Assembly: GCF_009914755.1 (NCBI RefSeq)
Contig: NC_060938.1
From: the human T2T-CHM13v2.0 reference genome, Homo sapiens
Length of the DNA stretch: 64,000 nt
Strand: one strand, 5' to 3'
The notes under the pieces were generated by a model, which worked only from the letters and a program-made list of their open reading frames with translations, did no database searches and was not told the DNA's origin. Shown piece by piece: positions 39,291 to 53,322 of this stretch. How positions within the stretch are numbered: the stretch's first letter is position 1; each line of letters opens with the position of its first letter. A program made the position numbers and the translations under genes.

Positions 39291-40894
39291 CCTGCCAATC
39301 AAAAAAAGCTCAGGACCAGACAGATTTATAGCCAAATTCTACCAGATGTATAAAGAAGAGCTGGTACCTTTCTTACTGAAAGTATTCCCCAAAATTGTGG
39401 AAGAGGGACTCCTCCCCAACTCATTCTATGAGGCCAGCATCATCCTGGTACTAAAACCTGGCAGAGACACACACACAAAAAGGAAAACTTCAAGCTACTG
39501 GTATAAAAACAGATGCAAAGGCCAATGGAACAGAATAGAGAGCGAAGAAATAATGTTACACACCTAAAACCATCTGATCTTTGACAAGGCCAACAAACAC
39601 AAGCAATGGGGAAAGGACTCCTTATTTAATAAATGGTGCTGGAATAACTGGCTAGTCATTTGCAGAAGATCAAAACTGGACCTCTTCCTTACACCATATC
39701 CAAAAATCAACTCAAGATGACTTAAAGACTTAACTGTAAAACCTAAAGTTCTGACAACCCTGGAAGGCAACCTAGGCAGTACCATTCTGGACATATGACC
39801 TGACAAAGAATTCATGATGAAGACACCAAATGCAATTGCAACAAAACCAAAAATTGACAAATGGGATCTAATTAAACTTAAGAGCTTCTGCATGGCCAAA
39901 GAAACTATCAAAATAGGAAATAAACTACCTGCAGGATGCGAGAAAATATTTGGAAACTATGCATGTGACAAAGGTCTAATATCCAGCATCTATATGAAAC
40001 TTAAATAAATTAAGAAGCAAAAAACAAACAACTCTATTCAACCCCCTTAGAAAGTGGGCAATGGGCGTGAACAGATACTTCTCAAAAGGAGACATATATA
40101 CAGGTAACAAGCCTATGAAAAAATGCTCAACATCACTAATCAAGAGAAATGCAAATCAAAACCACAATGAGATACCATTTCACACCAGTCAGAATGGCTA
40201 TTATTAAAAAGTTAAAAACTAACTGATTCTGGGGGGGTTGTGAGAAAAGGGAACTCATATATACTGCTGAAGGGAGTGTCAATTAGTTCATCCATTGTGA
40301 AAAGCAGTGTGGTGATTCCTCAAAAAGCTAAAAACAGAACTACCATTTGACCCAGCAATCCCATTACTGAGTATACACCCAAAGGAATATAAATATTTCT
40401 ACCATAAAGCCACATGCACATGAATGTTCATTGCAGCCCTATTCACAATAACAAAGACATGGATTCATCCTAAATGCCCATCAGTGGTAGACTGGCTAAA
40501 GAAAATGTGGTGCATATACACCATGGAATACTATGCAGCCACAAAAAAGAATGACATCATACCCTTAGCAGCAACATGGTGGAGCCGGAGGCCATAATCC
40601 TAAGCAAACTAAGACAGGAACAGAAGTCCAAATACCACGTGTTCTCACTTATAAATAGGAGCTAAACAATGAGAACACGTGGACACTAAGAGGTGAACAA
40701 TCAACACTGGGGCCTACTTGAGGGTGAAGGGTGGGAGAAGGGAGAGGATCAAAAAATACCTATTGGGTACTACACTTATTACCTGGGTGACAAAATAATA
40801 TGTATATCAAACCCCTGTGACATGCAGTTTACCTATGTAACAAACTCTGTACATGTACTCCTGAACCTAAAATAACATTTAAAATAAAAAAGAA

Positions 40895-41500
40895 TTTAAA
40901 TTTGGTCATTCTGTACTAATAAAAAGCACATTTCTCCATGGGAATATGTTATCTACATTAATGTGATAAGTAATTCATAAGGAAAACAATGTCAGGACTA
41001 ATGGAAACACATTAATAATTAATAGTTGGCAGTTGCTTCTTGATAGATCAAATAGGCAAAAATAAGAATATAAACCGTTTCAATTATGTAATTTAAAATG
41101 TTTGTAATAAATATTTACCAAGCTCATTACTCTCATGGTAGAAAATACACTTCCTTTTCAACTATCTAGATAGCTTTTCCTCAAAAATTAATTTCACAGC
41201 ATGTGAAAAAGAAAAACTTATTCCCTAAAGGCATAAATTATGTACTATGTCTTATAATCACGGTGAAATAGAATAAGCAATTGCTAACAATGCATAAACA
41301 AATAAACATGTCAAAAACCTTTCTTTGTAATCCAAAATTCTTCACCAGGACAAACTATAAATCACAAATGAGGAAAAAATACAGATATTTTGATACACAG
41401 GAACACAAGGATGATCAGTTAGAGTTACATGAGGAATTCTCCAGCAAACTCAGAGTTAACAATAAGGAAGAAGACAGCTCAAAATCACAGACTAATGAAA
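40895..41500 (+). mobile_element. Old L1ME ORF2 fragment (continuation of the host L1)
   Basis: Degenerate EN-domain-like text (agaaaatacacttccttttcaa, ttataatcacggtgaaatagaa). Confidence 0.5.
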
Positions 41501-42049
41501 AGAAACCAGAGTGGCTGTTGGACAACGGGCCTTGAAAGCAATCACCCTCAATTAGAACAGTTGGCTCCAAATAAACAGGAAATTATAAGCCCCAAATATC
41601 TTGATTCAGCCTTATTTAAAACTACCGGTGAAATTATGCATCACAAGGCAAAATGGTATTTAAACTAGAACCATAAAGATGAAAAATATTATTGACACAA
41701 ACTTTTGTTTTAAAGGTGAAGGAGGTTGAAAAATTTACTTAGAGGAATAAAAAGCCTTAGCCAAGAGGGCAAAGTTTCTCTATCATTTATATTTATGTTT
41801 TATTTTGCATCAAGAGATTTAGTTTTTAACTAGTCTGTTTACCAAGAGAAAAAGTGTTTCCAGTGATTTTCAAATAATCATCTCCCGTGGATTGTAACCT
41901 GTGACCTTAGGACTGTGTATGTGTGTTATTGGAAACTGCACTTGTTGGAATGTTTTGTCCTTAAAACATGAATTGGCTCACCAACCTTGTGATAATTAAT
42001 CCATCAACTATGTCCTCATGGATCTTGTTAAAACTAATCTAACTAGTAT

Positions 42050-44630
42050 AGAAACCATAGATTCTCCCGCAAATTAGAAAGTATATTTTTAGATTTTCTT
42101 ATAAGACATTTTGCAAATAAAATAGATTTTATAACTCATTCATTTTTAAAATGCAAAGCAAAATATCTCAAAGCTCCAAAAAAATTATTGTCAAGAAGAA
42201 AGAAAGTGAATTCCAAGCAAAAAACAGAATAACTAAGACTCTGCATAATATTAGTGCATAGTGAGCAAAGCATATGTTTCTTCTTCTGAAAGAAAAAAGA
42301 ATAGCAAGGAGAAATTAAAGGAAAAATACAACTGTATAAGAAAGTCAGGGTCTAATTATGAAGTAAACTAAGATGTGAATTAATTGTGAACATTCAATGG
42401 AATGCAAGAAAAGACATGGATATTTGTTATTTGATGAAATGGACACAACTTTGGACTAATAGAGAAGGAAATGAAGTACCAGCATACTACTGGGCTCCAT
42501 GAAGAACAATATTTATGTGGTTATAATATCGTATGTAAGCAACATAAATCTTAAGTTCAAATTATAGAATACATCTATAAGGAAATCACTCAGAAATTAA
42601 ATGTAGTTACATAGCAAATTTTGACAACGTGAAATTAAAGATAGAAGAGAGTATGGAAAGTGAAAAAAAAGTGTAGGGGCTATTTGCCCAAACTAAAGCA
42701 GCCAGGAATGATAAGTTTAAGTATAATGCTTAAAGGTATAATGCAAACCAATGGAATGAGAAAAATAACTTCTAAAATTGGGATAAAGCCTTCATTCCGA
42801 TATTTGGTTCCTCTGGCATAATAACCAATGACCACCACTAAGGCAAGGCCTGCTTGTTGATAAACCCATCTATAACCAGACAGCTTTCAGTCATCCTTTG
42901 TAATCATAGGGTAAGAACGGACAATCAAAGATCACCAGAAATTAGAAGAAAATCTGCAATATCAAAGAGAAAGGCCAAGAGGAAAAAATATATACTGCTT
43001 TTGTAGAGATGGAGAAACCTGGAAAAATCAGATTTAATTAACATCCATAGAGTCACAAGAATATTTTATCCTCCAATTTAAAAATGATGCTAATATCAGA
43101 TAAAATAAAAACCTTTTAAAATGTAACAAGATGAATGCTGAAATAAAATAATTTAATTAAAAACTTTAAAAAATAAAGTTGAATAAATCTCCGAAAGCAG
43201 AACTAAAAGATTAAAATGCAGAAAGTGGTGGTGGGAGGGGATATGATCCATAGAAGTTCAATCCAAATACACACAGAATCAATCTAGCAAAGGAGGACAA
43301 GGAACTCAAAGAAGAGGAAGTATAAAAGGTATCATATAAATAAGTTTATCAAGTTTGAGGGGCACATATCATCAAGGTAAGATAATTTACCAAGTTCTGA
43401 GTAAGATGAAACAAGAAAGAGCTACACTTATATATATCATTGTGTGGTTTCAAAACTTCAAGACTAAAGAAAATATATAGAAAACTTCCAGAGAGAAATA
43501 AAAGTTTGTCTTCAAAAGAAAAAAAAGATACCTGATGCTAGAAATATTCTTTTTGAGAGGCATGAGGTCAGATACTGGAAAACCACCAAGAAAGAAATAT
43601 AACCATTTTATAATAGTGACTCTCTGGTGAACAAGACTTACATGGAAATAACTTATCTTGTTTCGGGTTTTCAAAAAAAAAAAAACATAGAAGACATGCT
43701 TATCAAACAGAGTGTAATTATCTTCCTTGACAATGTCAAATGCAGTGGAGAGAAGCTGGCAGGTGGAATGTAGAAGGAAATATGATGGGTATGGTGAGGG
43801 TAAGAACATCCTCATCTCAAGATGGGAGTCAAGAGATACTGTCAATAACAGATGGATTAAGAAATTGAAATAAAACAAAGAAATCATCTTTTATGCTAAC
43901 CTCATCTTCTCCTTCTTTCTCACTTGGAGAGGGAGAAGACAAGATTAGTATAAAAAAGCTAGATCCATATCCACCACAGCAGAGAGTCAACAGATCGTGT
44001 CTATGGGACATGTCTGAGAGACAGTGGTATCGTATTCATTTAGATTTAGGGAAATACTTAAAAGAGCAGGTGAAGTACTTATTTGCCAGATATAAGACAG
44101 GAAATAATAATTGAAAAGAAGTAGGCAGAAGAATTCCTGTGGATCAACAGAGATAGGAATAATTCTTGTTCTATTAGCTGGAAGGGAAAGATGTTGTAAC
44201 ATGTGAGCATCAGGTAGAAGGTATAATAGGGCTCAATTAGCACTACACTAACAGCGTCTCAGAACCCCAACTAACAAAGCCACAAAAGGCTCACAATGAT
44301 CCAAATAAGTCCAAGAAACTTAACTATATATACAAAATCAAACACTATTTAAAGTACAACAAAATTCTGCAACCAATAATAATAAAAAATTCATTGGCAT
44401 CCAATTAAAAATTACCATGCATGCAGAGAATGAATGCAATATGCTTCATAACCAGGAGACAAATCAGTCCATAGAAAAAGACACAGATATGACAGAAATT
44501 ATGTAATTAGACAGAAGACTAAAATGGTATTATAAATGTGCCCTGCGTGTTCAAGGTAGCAGAGGAAAAATGTGACCATGACATGAAGAAAAACAGGAGA
44601 TAAAAGAGAATATCTTCTAGGGATAAAATC
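42050..44630 (+). mobile_element. Patchwork of degenerate L1ME/HAL1 fragments
   Basis: A-rich ORF1-like and ORF2-like segments; not resolvable into individual elements by eye. Confidence 0.45.
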
Positions 44631-46020
44631 TACAGTAATCAAGACATTGTGATATTAGCATAAGGTTAAACATATATGTAATGAAACAGGAGAGATACCA
44701 AATATGCAGATGCTCCTGTATAAATTTAACTGTTTTTCAACAAAGGTTCCAGGCCATTCAATGGGCAAATGATAGTCTTTTCATAAATCATGCTAAAATA
44801 ATTGGACAACTACATATAAAAACAACGTAGGCCCTTATCATTGTACACAAGAATTAACTTTAAGTGGCTCATAAACCTGAAGATAAGAGCTAAAACTGTA
44901 CAACTTCTATAAGAAAACAGAAGAAAATCTTTTTGATCTTGGGTCAGCAAAAAGATTTCTTTGACACAACACAAGAAAAGCACAATCTGTAAAAGAAAAA
45001 AATTGATAAATAATCTGCATCAAAATTAAGAACGTCTGTTCTTTGAAAGACAATGTTAAGAATATGAAAATAGAAACTATAAGAAACTATATTCGTAAAA
45101 TGTCTGCTGGTAGCAAACTCATACCTAGCATATAAAAATAACTCCTATGATTCAATAATAAGACGCAACCTAATAAAATTACACCAAAAATTTAAATAGA
45201 CACTTCATCAAAGAGGATATATGCATAGCACATAGACACATGAAAAGGTGTTTGCCATCATTTGTCATAAAAGAAATACAAATTAAAGCCATTGGATACT
45301 CCAACACACACTAGAATGTATAAGATTTAAAAGTCTGCTATACCAAGTGTTATCAAAGATGTGGACTAACTGAAGCTCTTGTACATTTGTTGTGGGAGTA
45401 TCAAATAGTATAGATGCTTGCCGAAAACTTTTGGTAGTTTCTTTAAAACTTCACTTACCATATGACCCAGAAATCCAACACCTAAGCATTTACTCAAAAG
45501 AATTTAAAATATATGTCCACAAAAGATTTATACAAGAATGTTTATAGCAGGTTTATTCATAATAGTCAAAAACCAGAAACAATGCAGATGCCCATCAGCT
45601 GATGAATGGATAAACAAATTGTGGTATATCCATACAACAGAATACTACCAGCAATAAAAATAAGTGAACTACTGATACACACAACAGAGCAACAGATGAT
45701 TCTTAAAGTCATACAGAGCTAAATAAACCAGACACAAAAAACTACATATTGTGTAATTCCTTTTATAGGAAATATTAGAATATTAAAAAACAAAAGTAAC
45801 AAAAAGTATAAAGGTGGGTGTCAGGGATGGGGTGGAGGAGGGGATCAATTGCAAAGGGGCACAAAGAAATTTTCTTGAGGTGATGGAAATGTTCTATATT
45901 CTGATTGCACCAGCAGTTGTAGGACCATAGACATTCAACAAAACTAATCAAACTGTACACTAAATGGGTTAATTTTATCATATGTAAATTATACCTCAAC
46001 AAAGTTGATTCTAAAAAAAA
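44631..46020 (+). mobile_element. L1ME1/L1MD-like ORF2 3' end and 3' UTR
   Basis: tacagtaatcaagacattgtg ... tgatggaaatgttctatatt ... aaattatacctcaacaaagttgatt plus poly-A. Confidence 0.88.
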
Positions 46021-46132
46021 TGGAAGTGAATGCAGAAGCAGGCCTTATGGTAGTAGATCATTGTTTCTTATCATTTGTATGTCTATATTTTTATTTCTGT
46101 GGGCATGCATGACATCGGCTTAAAAAAAATTA

Positions 46133-46435
46133 GGCCAGGCGTGGGGGCCCATGCCTGTAATCCTAGCACTTTGGGAGGCCAAGGCAGGCAGATTGCTTGA
46201 GTCTAGGAGTTCAAGACCAGCTTGGGAAACATAGCAAAACCTTGCCTCTACAAAAAATACGAAAAATTACCTGGGCATGGTGGCACACACTTGTGGTCCC
46301 AGCTACTCTGGAAGCTGAGGTGGAAGGATCACCTGAGCCCAGGAGGTCAAGGCTGCAGTGAGTTGTGGATGCTGCCACTGCACTCCAGCCTGGGCAACAG
46401 AGTCAGACTCTGTCACAAAGAAAAAAAATTAAAAG
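46133..46435 (+). mobile_element. AluJ
   Basis: J-type gagcccaggaggtcaaggctgcagtgag. Confidence 0.92.
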
Positions 46436-47859
46436 AAAGGGGAAAAAATTGAACTTTAACCAGATTAACTTGGACCTTAATATGGTCAACAGAATTTGTG
46501 TTTTATTTCAGTAAGAAAATAAAATATTCCCCCCAAAACACCCCATAATGTAAAAGTCTCATTCACAAGGGCAAAAACAACCCATATGAAAAAATCTTCC
46601 TGAGCGCCATGAAGAAAACTGGACTAATGTAAAGATACAGTTACAATACAATCACAAGTTGCTTTTTTAAAAAATGTACAATATAGTCCTAATGTTCGTC
46701 TGGAAAAATGAATATGCATAAATAGTCAAGAAATGCCTGGATAAATGATTTCTGTCTCACAGAACAAGGATGTTATGTTTTTTAAAAATTATTCTACTCT
46801 CTGTGATTTAATATCGCGCCCTTATTTGGTGGATTTATATGTGTTTATAGCAATCCTCAGCTAAGTGATCTTGGTTTACAATAGGTTCTTAGGGAGGAAT
46901 ACTGTCTTTATACTGGGCAGGATTCTTCCAAATTCATTCTCTCATTACAACATGAGATTTGGATAAACTGCATTTACTTAATGGGCTCAAATTTTAAATA
47001 TTTAGTTTGTGAACTAGATGACTGTGGAAGGTCAACTTATATATTCTGGAAGATAGAGAAGGCCTTGTTTGAACAAACCTAGAATGTGCAAATTTGTTTG
47101 TCAATATAGCCAAAATCTCCTTCAAATAATGGGAGTTTAAGAGTTTATGAATCAACCTGAACAGCTTGCTGATGATCATTTAATAGACTGTGTGGGAAAT
47201 TGAGTTTACTTCAAATTTATGAACTGATGGAGCTATTCCCTATAATGATTAACAATGAGTCATAGAAGAAACCAAGGGTCATTCTCAGGCACATGCGCCT
47301 AATGTCAGGTGTGGAGAGAGTGAGAACAGTTGTAGAAGAGGGAAAGGTCTCATGACATCTGTTAGCTAATTTTCATTTTTAAAGTGAAGACACAGACTGG
47401 AAAAATTTTAAGGTGAACTTAGTACCTAAAACATCTCCAAAATGGGTGCTTTGTGAAAAGCCTGGGTCAAAATCCCCGAAAGATTATTATTAATGTAAGA
47501 AAGCAATAACTCAGAGGAAGCTGTAATAATATCACAATATGTTTACTTAATTTGGGGGCTCAGAATATAAGTGCAGGGAACATAGGGTGGTTGAACACAT
47601 TTCTCTGATAATTAATGTTTTTACCTGAAAAACACATCATACACACATTCCAAGGCCCAGATGTGAAACACTTAGAAAGGTACCATATAAAAGTAACTGA
47701 AGCAAATATAATAGCAGATGCTTAAACAGAAAGAAGACATAGAACTGATCTTCCAAAAGTGACTTTTGGAATGCAGTCAACATTAAGCATGTTTAAAAGG
47801 AATAATTAATGAAATGAATGATATTTACTTAGAGTTTGTTCAATAAATATTTGTCCCAA

Positions 47860-48100
47860 AAATGTTGACTGAGCATCTGTTATATGCAGGGACTGCAGTA
47901 AATACCTTAAAAACACAACCTCATTCCAACCACAAGAATCCAATCAGAGAGGTAAGTAGTATTATTTTCCATATTTTATAAAAAAAGAAACCAAACATAA
48001 CAAGTGTAACAATCCATCCAAGTTCACACCACCAATTAGCAGTGGAGTTGGAATTCAAACCCAGGTATTCTGGTACAAAGAATACAAGCATTGAATGCTA
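47860..48100 (-). mobile_element. MIR SINE
   Basis: tattattttccatattttata...gaaacc...gttcacac...ggaattcaaacccagg. Confidence 0.7.
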
Positions 48101-48468
48101 AGCTGAAAAATATTATTAGGTCAAATCCAACCTATTCTATGAATAATTGTTTTAAAATCTGAACAAATATAGCATAAAAATGTAAGGTTTTTAAATTTTG
48201 TTTTTCGAACAAAAAATAATTTTTTGTTAAACATTTCTAATCATAAACCTTTTGGGTTAATGTCTCATGTAGAATAACCAGAAAATGACCCAAAGCTCCT
48301 TCTGCTCCTTTTTACAAAGAAATGTTATTTAAGAAATATCAATCAGCCCGTTATTATTGTTATCATTTCTGCACTTTGGTACCACAGTTCATCCCTAAAT
48401 TAGACACTGCAAAGAACATATATACACTAAGAGGAATTTATAATCTAAAATAAGAGGAAACAAATATA

Positions 48469-49663
48469 CAGTCATGCATCACTTAACTGGGACACATTCT
48501 AAGAAATGAGTTGTTAGGGGATTTCATCATTGTGTAAACATCAGAGTGTACTTACACAAATTTAGTGTTGCCTATTACACACCTAGGCCATACGGTATAG
48601 CCTATTGCTCCTAGATACAAACATGTATAGCATGTTATTGTACTGAATACTGTAGCAATTGTAACACAATGGTATTTGTGTATCTAAACACATCTAAACA
48701 TAGAAAAGGTACAGTAGAAATACAATATGAAAGACAAAAAAATGGCAATCTACATAAGGCACTTACCAGGAATGGAGCTTGCAGAACTGGAAGTTGCAGT
48801 CATTTAGTGAGTGAGTGATGAGTGAATGCTAAGGCCTAGGACATTATTGTATATTGCTGTAGACTTTATAAATACTGTACACTTAGACTACACTAAATTT
48901 ATAAAAAAGTTTTATTTATTCAATAATAATTAACCTTCCTTAATATAACTCTTTTACTTTATAAACTTTCTAATTTTTGTAAACTTTTTGACCCTTTTGT
49001 AATAACACATGGCTTAAAACACAAACACATTATACAGCTGTCCAAAATGTTTTATTTGTTTATAATATTCTATAAGCTGTATTCTATTTTTAGTTTTTTT
49101 TGTTTTACATTTGAAACCTTTTGTTAAAAATCAAGATACAAACACACACATTAGCCTAGGCCTACACAGGGTCAGGATCATCAATATCACTGTCTTCCAC
49201 TTCCACATCTTGTCCCACTGGAAGGCCTTCAAGGGCAATAACACACATGGAGCTGTCATCTCCTGTGATAATAACGCCTTCTGGAATTCCTCCTGAAGGA
49301 CCTGCCTGAGGCTGTTTTACAGTTAACTTTCTTTTTATAAGTAGAAGGAGTGCATTCTAAAATAATGATAAAAGATATATCAGAGTAAATACATAAGCCA
49401 GTATCATAGTCATTTATTATCATTATCAAGTATTGTGTACTATGCGTAACTGTATGTGCGATACTTTTATACAACTGGAGGCACACGTTTGTTTACACCA
49501 GCATCACCACAAACACATAGGTAATGCATTATACTACCATGTTAGGACAACTACAATGTCACTAGGCAACAGGTATTTTTCAGCTCCATTATAATCATAT
49601 GGGATCACCATCATACCATGTGGTTCATTGTTGACTGAAACGTTGTTATGTAGCACATGACAG
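48469..49663 (-). mobile_element. Tigger3b (Golem-derived) DNA transposon, essentially complete
   Basis: TA-flanked TIRs cagtcatg ... catgacag; 1195 bp; internal sequence matches recalled Tigger3b. Confidence 0.88.
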
Positions 49664-49763
49664 TACATGAAATGATTAGAAATGACACTGGAAATAATTG
49701 TCTAAATGATCTGCTTAAACAGCTGGCAAATACAACTGGATACAAATAGCACCTTGTATAGAA

Positions 49764-49880
49764 CAGTGATTCTCAAAGTGTGGTCCAAGGAAGCCTGGGA
49801 ATCCCCAAAACTCTTTCAGGAGGTCCTCAGGATCAAAGTCATTTTCTTAAAGTTTAATTCTCATTCCGTTATGAGCATAG
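49764..49880. mobile_element. hAT-Charlie family terminal fragment
   Basis: cagtgattctcaaagtgtggtcc TIR. Confidence 0.6.
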
Positions 49881-50062
49881 AGAGGTATTTTCCACTGCTG
49901 TGTGGTTGGAATGTGAATTCCTAATTTTCCCAATCCCCACCAAGTGGTAAATCTTAGGGTAAAACCACACTACTGGTTGGGCTCTCACAGTTCATTAAAA
50001 TGGTCTCTGCACAGCTGTGCACACACTTCAAAATCTGTGATAGCAAATGCTCTTATCTTCTC

Positions 50063-50172
50063 TAGTGGTTCTCCAATTTGAATGTGCTGGAGAGGTTGTC
50101 AAAACATATTGCTGAGCCCCATTCCCAGATATCCTGATTCAGTATGTCTATGGTGAGTGCTGAGAATCACTG
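50063..50172. mobile_element. MER5-like hAT MITE, internally deleted
   Basis: tagtggttctc ... ctgattcagta ... tgagaatcactg. Confidence 0.65.
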
Positions 50173-51299
50173 TCCTCAGCCGTAGGCCAACCAGACTCTC
50201 ACCCCTGTCCATCTGGAGGGGCCTCAGATGGTAAAACGGAGTGTGTGACCTATTCTAACCTATTCAGCTTCTCATGGTTTGTCCTGAGACATTGTTCTTT
50301 CAAAGCTCTCTGCCTGGATACAACTGCTCTCAGATAAGTAGTCATGGAAAAGCTTTTGAAACATTTAGCTTTAAAGTTCTTTCTAGAAGTTCACACATTG
50401 GAAACATTAGTTGAAGTTGGACAGTTTAGTCTTGAAGTGATTCATCGGAACTGTAAAGTTATGCAGGTGAAGCCCTTGGAGCATAGGCAAATAGCTGGGA
50501 GACACCCTCAATCCTGTTTCAGTCTGTAAAAGAGGTAAGTGTTTCAACAAAAATATGATCTGTAGTTGCTAAGGATATGCTTTCTGCAATACTCTAAAGC
50601 ATGTGCTGCACCCATCGAAATTCTATGAGGCAGAGAAGTCTTTGAGGTCCTGTTGTCCTAACAGAACACTTGCCAGTATCCTGACAGAATTAGGAAGTCA
50701 CTTTGAGCTGCCCTCCAGACAGGAGCGCACACAAAGGAAGGCTTCATCTGAAATCCTAAGCAAAGAAAAGTGAAGTGAGGAAAGTGGAACATTAAATTTT
50801 AGAACTGGCAAGTAGCAACAGTTTGCAACCTTGAAGATATTTAACTAAGAGTTGAAATTTCACAAAAGTATGGTTTTGACAACTAAATGCCCCCCAAGGG
50901 TGAAGATTGTTCCTGGAAAAAAAATCTAAAATGCTGTTATTTAACCCAGGTTATTGGCCACTAAAATCACATATGCCAAAATTCGGGGGAGAAAAAATAG
51001 TCTGAAGAAAAGAGAGAAAGAAGAGAACTTACCTTGGTAGAAGGAACGCCCTCATTCTTTAAATGGACTGTAGTCATAGAGCCATTTTCCTTGGGTCTCT
51101 CCTTAGTGATGTGTCTTTCCTTGTGTCTCTTCTTAGCATTTCCATTGAGAGATCTTCCTTCTCTAACTCCTTTAGGTTTCTATGAAGCTTTTAGCCTTCA
51201 AGAAATGACATTTTGCTTTCAATTTTTTATATTTATCTTTTCTTAGATCTGAAAATCTCAGTTGTTTCTAAACCAAGAACTTTGCAAGGATTCCAAAGC

Positions 51300-51650
51300 C
51301 ACTCAGGGCTTGTTCATTAAATTCACCCAAGCTCGTTCACCAGGAGACCATAGGGTGCCCGTGAGGTAAAACATAATCTATGAGATGTTTTGGGAGGAAA
51401 GGATGATGCAACTGGTGTGGATTTTGCCCCAGAAGGGTCTTATAAGTGGTTTGGTTGAAGAAATAAGTTACCTATGTGTATGATGATGAAATACAAGTGA
51501 TTCTTGCTGCAAGAGAGGTAAACATAGGTGCAATGAGAGTTGAGGGATGGGAGTGGAGGTCGCCAAAGACTTTGAGAAAGAGGGTACATCTAAACTGAGC
51601 TTTGGAGAATAGTGAAGTGCAGAGATAATGGTGGTAGGGGATGCAGTGAG
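51300..51650 (-). mobile_element. L2 fragment
   Basis: gagggtacatctaaactgagctttgga and similar antisense L2 text. Confidence 0.5.
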
Positions 51651-52630
51651 GGGTGGTCCTGCATAGCTGAAATTTCAGTTTTGCCAGATTTGTCTGTGAC
51701 AGTGTGCATGTGCAATGCAAATACAGCCAATACCACCAGAGTCTCCCTGTGAGTCAGATCATCTTATTTATATAGCAATCCCCAAAAATATTCTTTTAAA
51801 ATTTCAGTAACTTTGTCTGGAAGTATCTGGGAAGGTTTTTTCTCTCCTTACTGGATATTCAATTTCCTAGTGTGAAATCCAATGCACCAGAAGTCAATCC
51901 ATGTTTTTGCCTTGTTTGGAATAAATTATTGAAAAGAGCCATGCTGAGATTTATATTACTTGTATAAAAACATTGCATTTGAGATGGGAAAGACTACTAC
52001 AAATCTGGCTGGATCTATACTCTTTTTGGAGAATAACGGAGAAATCATCCCAATGTAAATGTAGTATCTTCAGGTCTGCCTCAGCTATGCATTTACAGTT
52101 AAATGGTTTGAAATTCTCTAACATAGAGGAAAAACACTTGAATGAAAAAGAAGAGAGGAACAGATTTTTTAAAAGGGGAGGAAAAATACAACAAGATGAA
52201 GAAGAAATTTGGAAATGAGGCAAGCATAAAAAGAGTCAGGGAGAGATGGAGAAGGGGAGATAGGGTTGGATGACAAGAAACCGTTTTAAAACAACACAAA
52301 CCCTCTGCCTGCCCCTATAGTGGAAAGTGCCATGGACTCTTCTAGGTTTCTCCCCATGGGTACACCCATTATCAGGACTCCAAATAATCTGTCTGGCCCA
52401 GCCTTTGGCATTCCTGTCCTGTGGGATAGAGGGAAGACAGACACAAAATGCATGGGCTGGAGGAGGCGATGCATGCCAGAGGCGCCTGCGAGGACTGGGG
52501 GAAACAGACCACACTGGTCCAAGGAGCCAGACACCTGTGTAAACTGCAGGAAGCTGAAAGGAGCCTAGCTGAGCTGATGGAGACACCACATGCAGGCGGT
52601 TTTAGGAGTCAAAGTCACACAGAGACAAAG

Positions 52631-52636
52631 GCGCAT

Positions 52637-52678
<42 letters not shown>

Positions 52679-52701
52679 CACACACACACATACACACACA
52701 C
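52631..52701. repeat. (CA)n microsatellite led by gcgcatgc
   Basis: Direct reading. Confidence 0.95.
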
Positions 52702-53193
52702 TCACTCAATCAGGGAAATAAGTAAAGGCAGGCTGACCCAGAAAGGGGCAGAGAAACATTGAGGGGAAAAAGTAACATTCAGATAGGGAAAATGTATCCC
52801 CCAAAAAAGTATCTCAAGGGACATGACTATTTCTAAATGCCCTTGTTTTGCATTTTCATATAGATGTACTTGCTATGTCAAAAAAGTCTAAGTGACACCT
52901 TTCAGTAGGTTAACAGTACCCAGTTAATTAAACTTACTAATTTGTCAAATGTCTGGACAGATGAGAGCTTACATAAACAACATCTATGAGTGTTTTATAA
53001 TATACCTACGGACAGGCCCTGCCCGTGGCCTACTGAATCAGAATTTCAGAGCATAAGGGCTAAATCACAGGTAATATTGACACCCACTCCCTCTTAAGGG
53101 CTACTGAGAGATTGGGAGTGGATTGCATTTCATTTAAAGAAACACACAGCCTGTCTCTGGGAGACGAAACTGTTAACCTGCTCTGTGTTTTAA

Positions 53194-53322
53194 TCCATTT
53201 ATGCTGGAGGTTGGAAATCTTTTGTGTGAAAAATCAGACCTTGGCGATGACCCTGAGCAGTAGGAGATACATAACTCCCACAAGCTTAGTGTTCCAAAAA
53301 TGGAACACTAGGCATAAATGGG
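53194..53322 (-). mobile_element. MER85, non-autonomous piggyBac (PGBD3-family) MITE, complete
   Basis: TTAA (53190-53193), TIR tccatttatgc, internal aaaaatcagaccttggcgatgacc and palindrome gttcca-aaaa-tggaac, TIR ggcataaatggg, then CTAA (mutated TSD). Confidence 0.93.

Noticed and set aside
43450-43887. 145 aa Phe/Leu-rich ORF resembling a membrane protein
   Set aside because: It is the antisense of A-rich degenerate L1 sequence, has no recognisable domain and does not start at ATG
52474-52488. CTCF-like tgccagaggcgcc
   Set aside because: It is one base short in the core (CCAGRKGGCGC is needed) and the 5' flank matches poorly
52236-52762. Cluster of overlapping ORFs on both strands
   Set aside because: Locally higher GC and the (CA)n repeat (poly-HT) explain it; no recognisable protein
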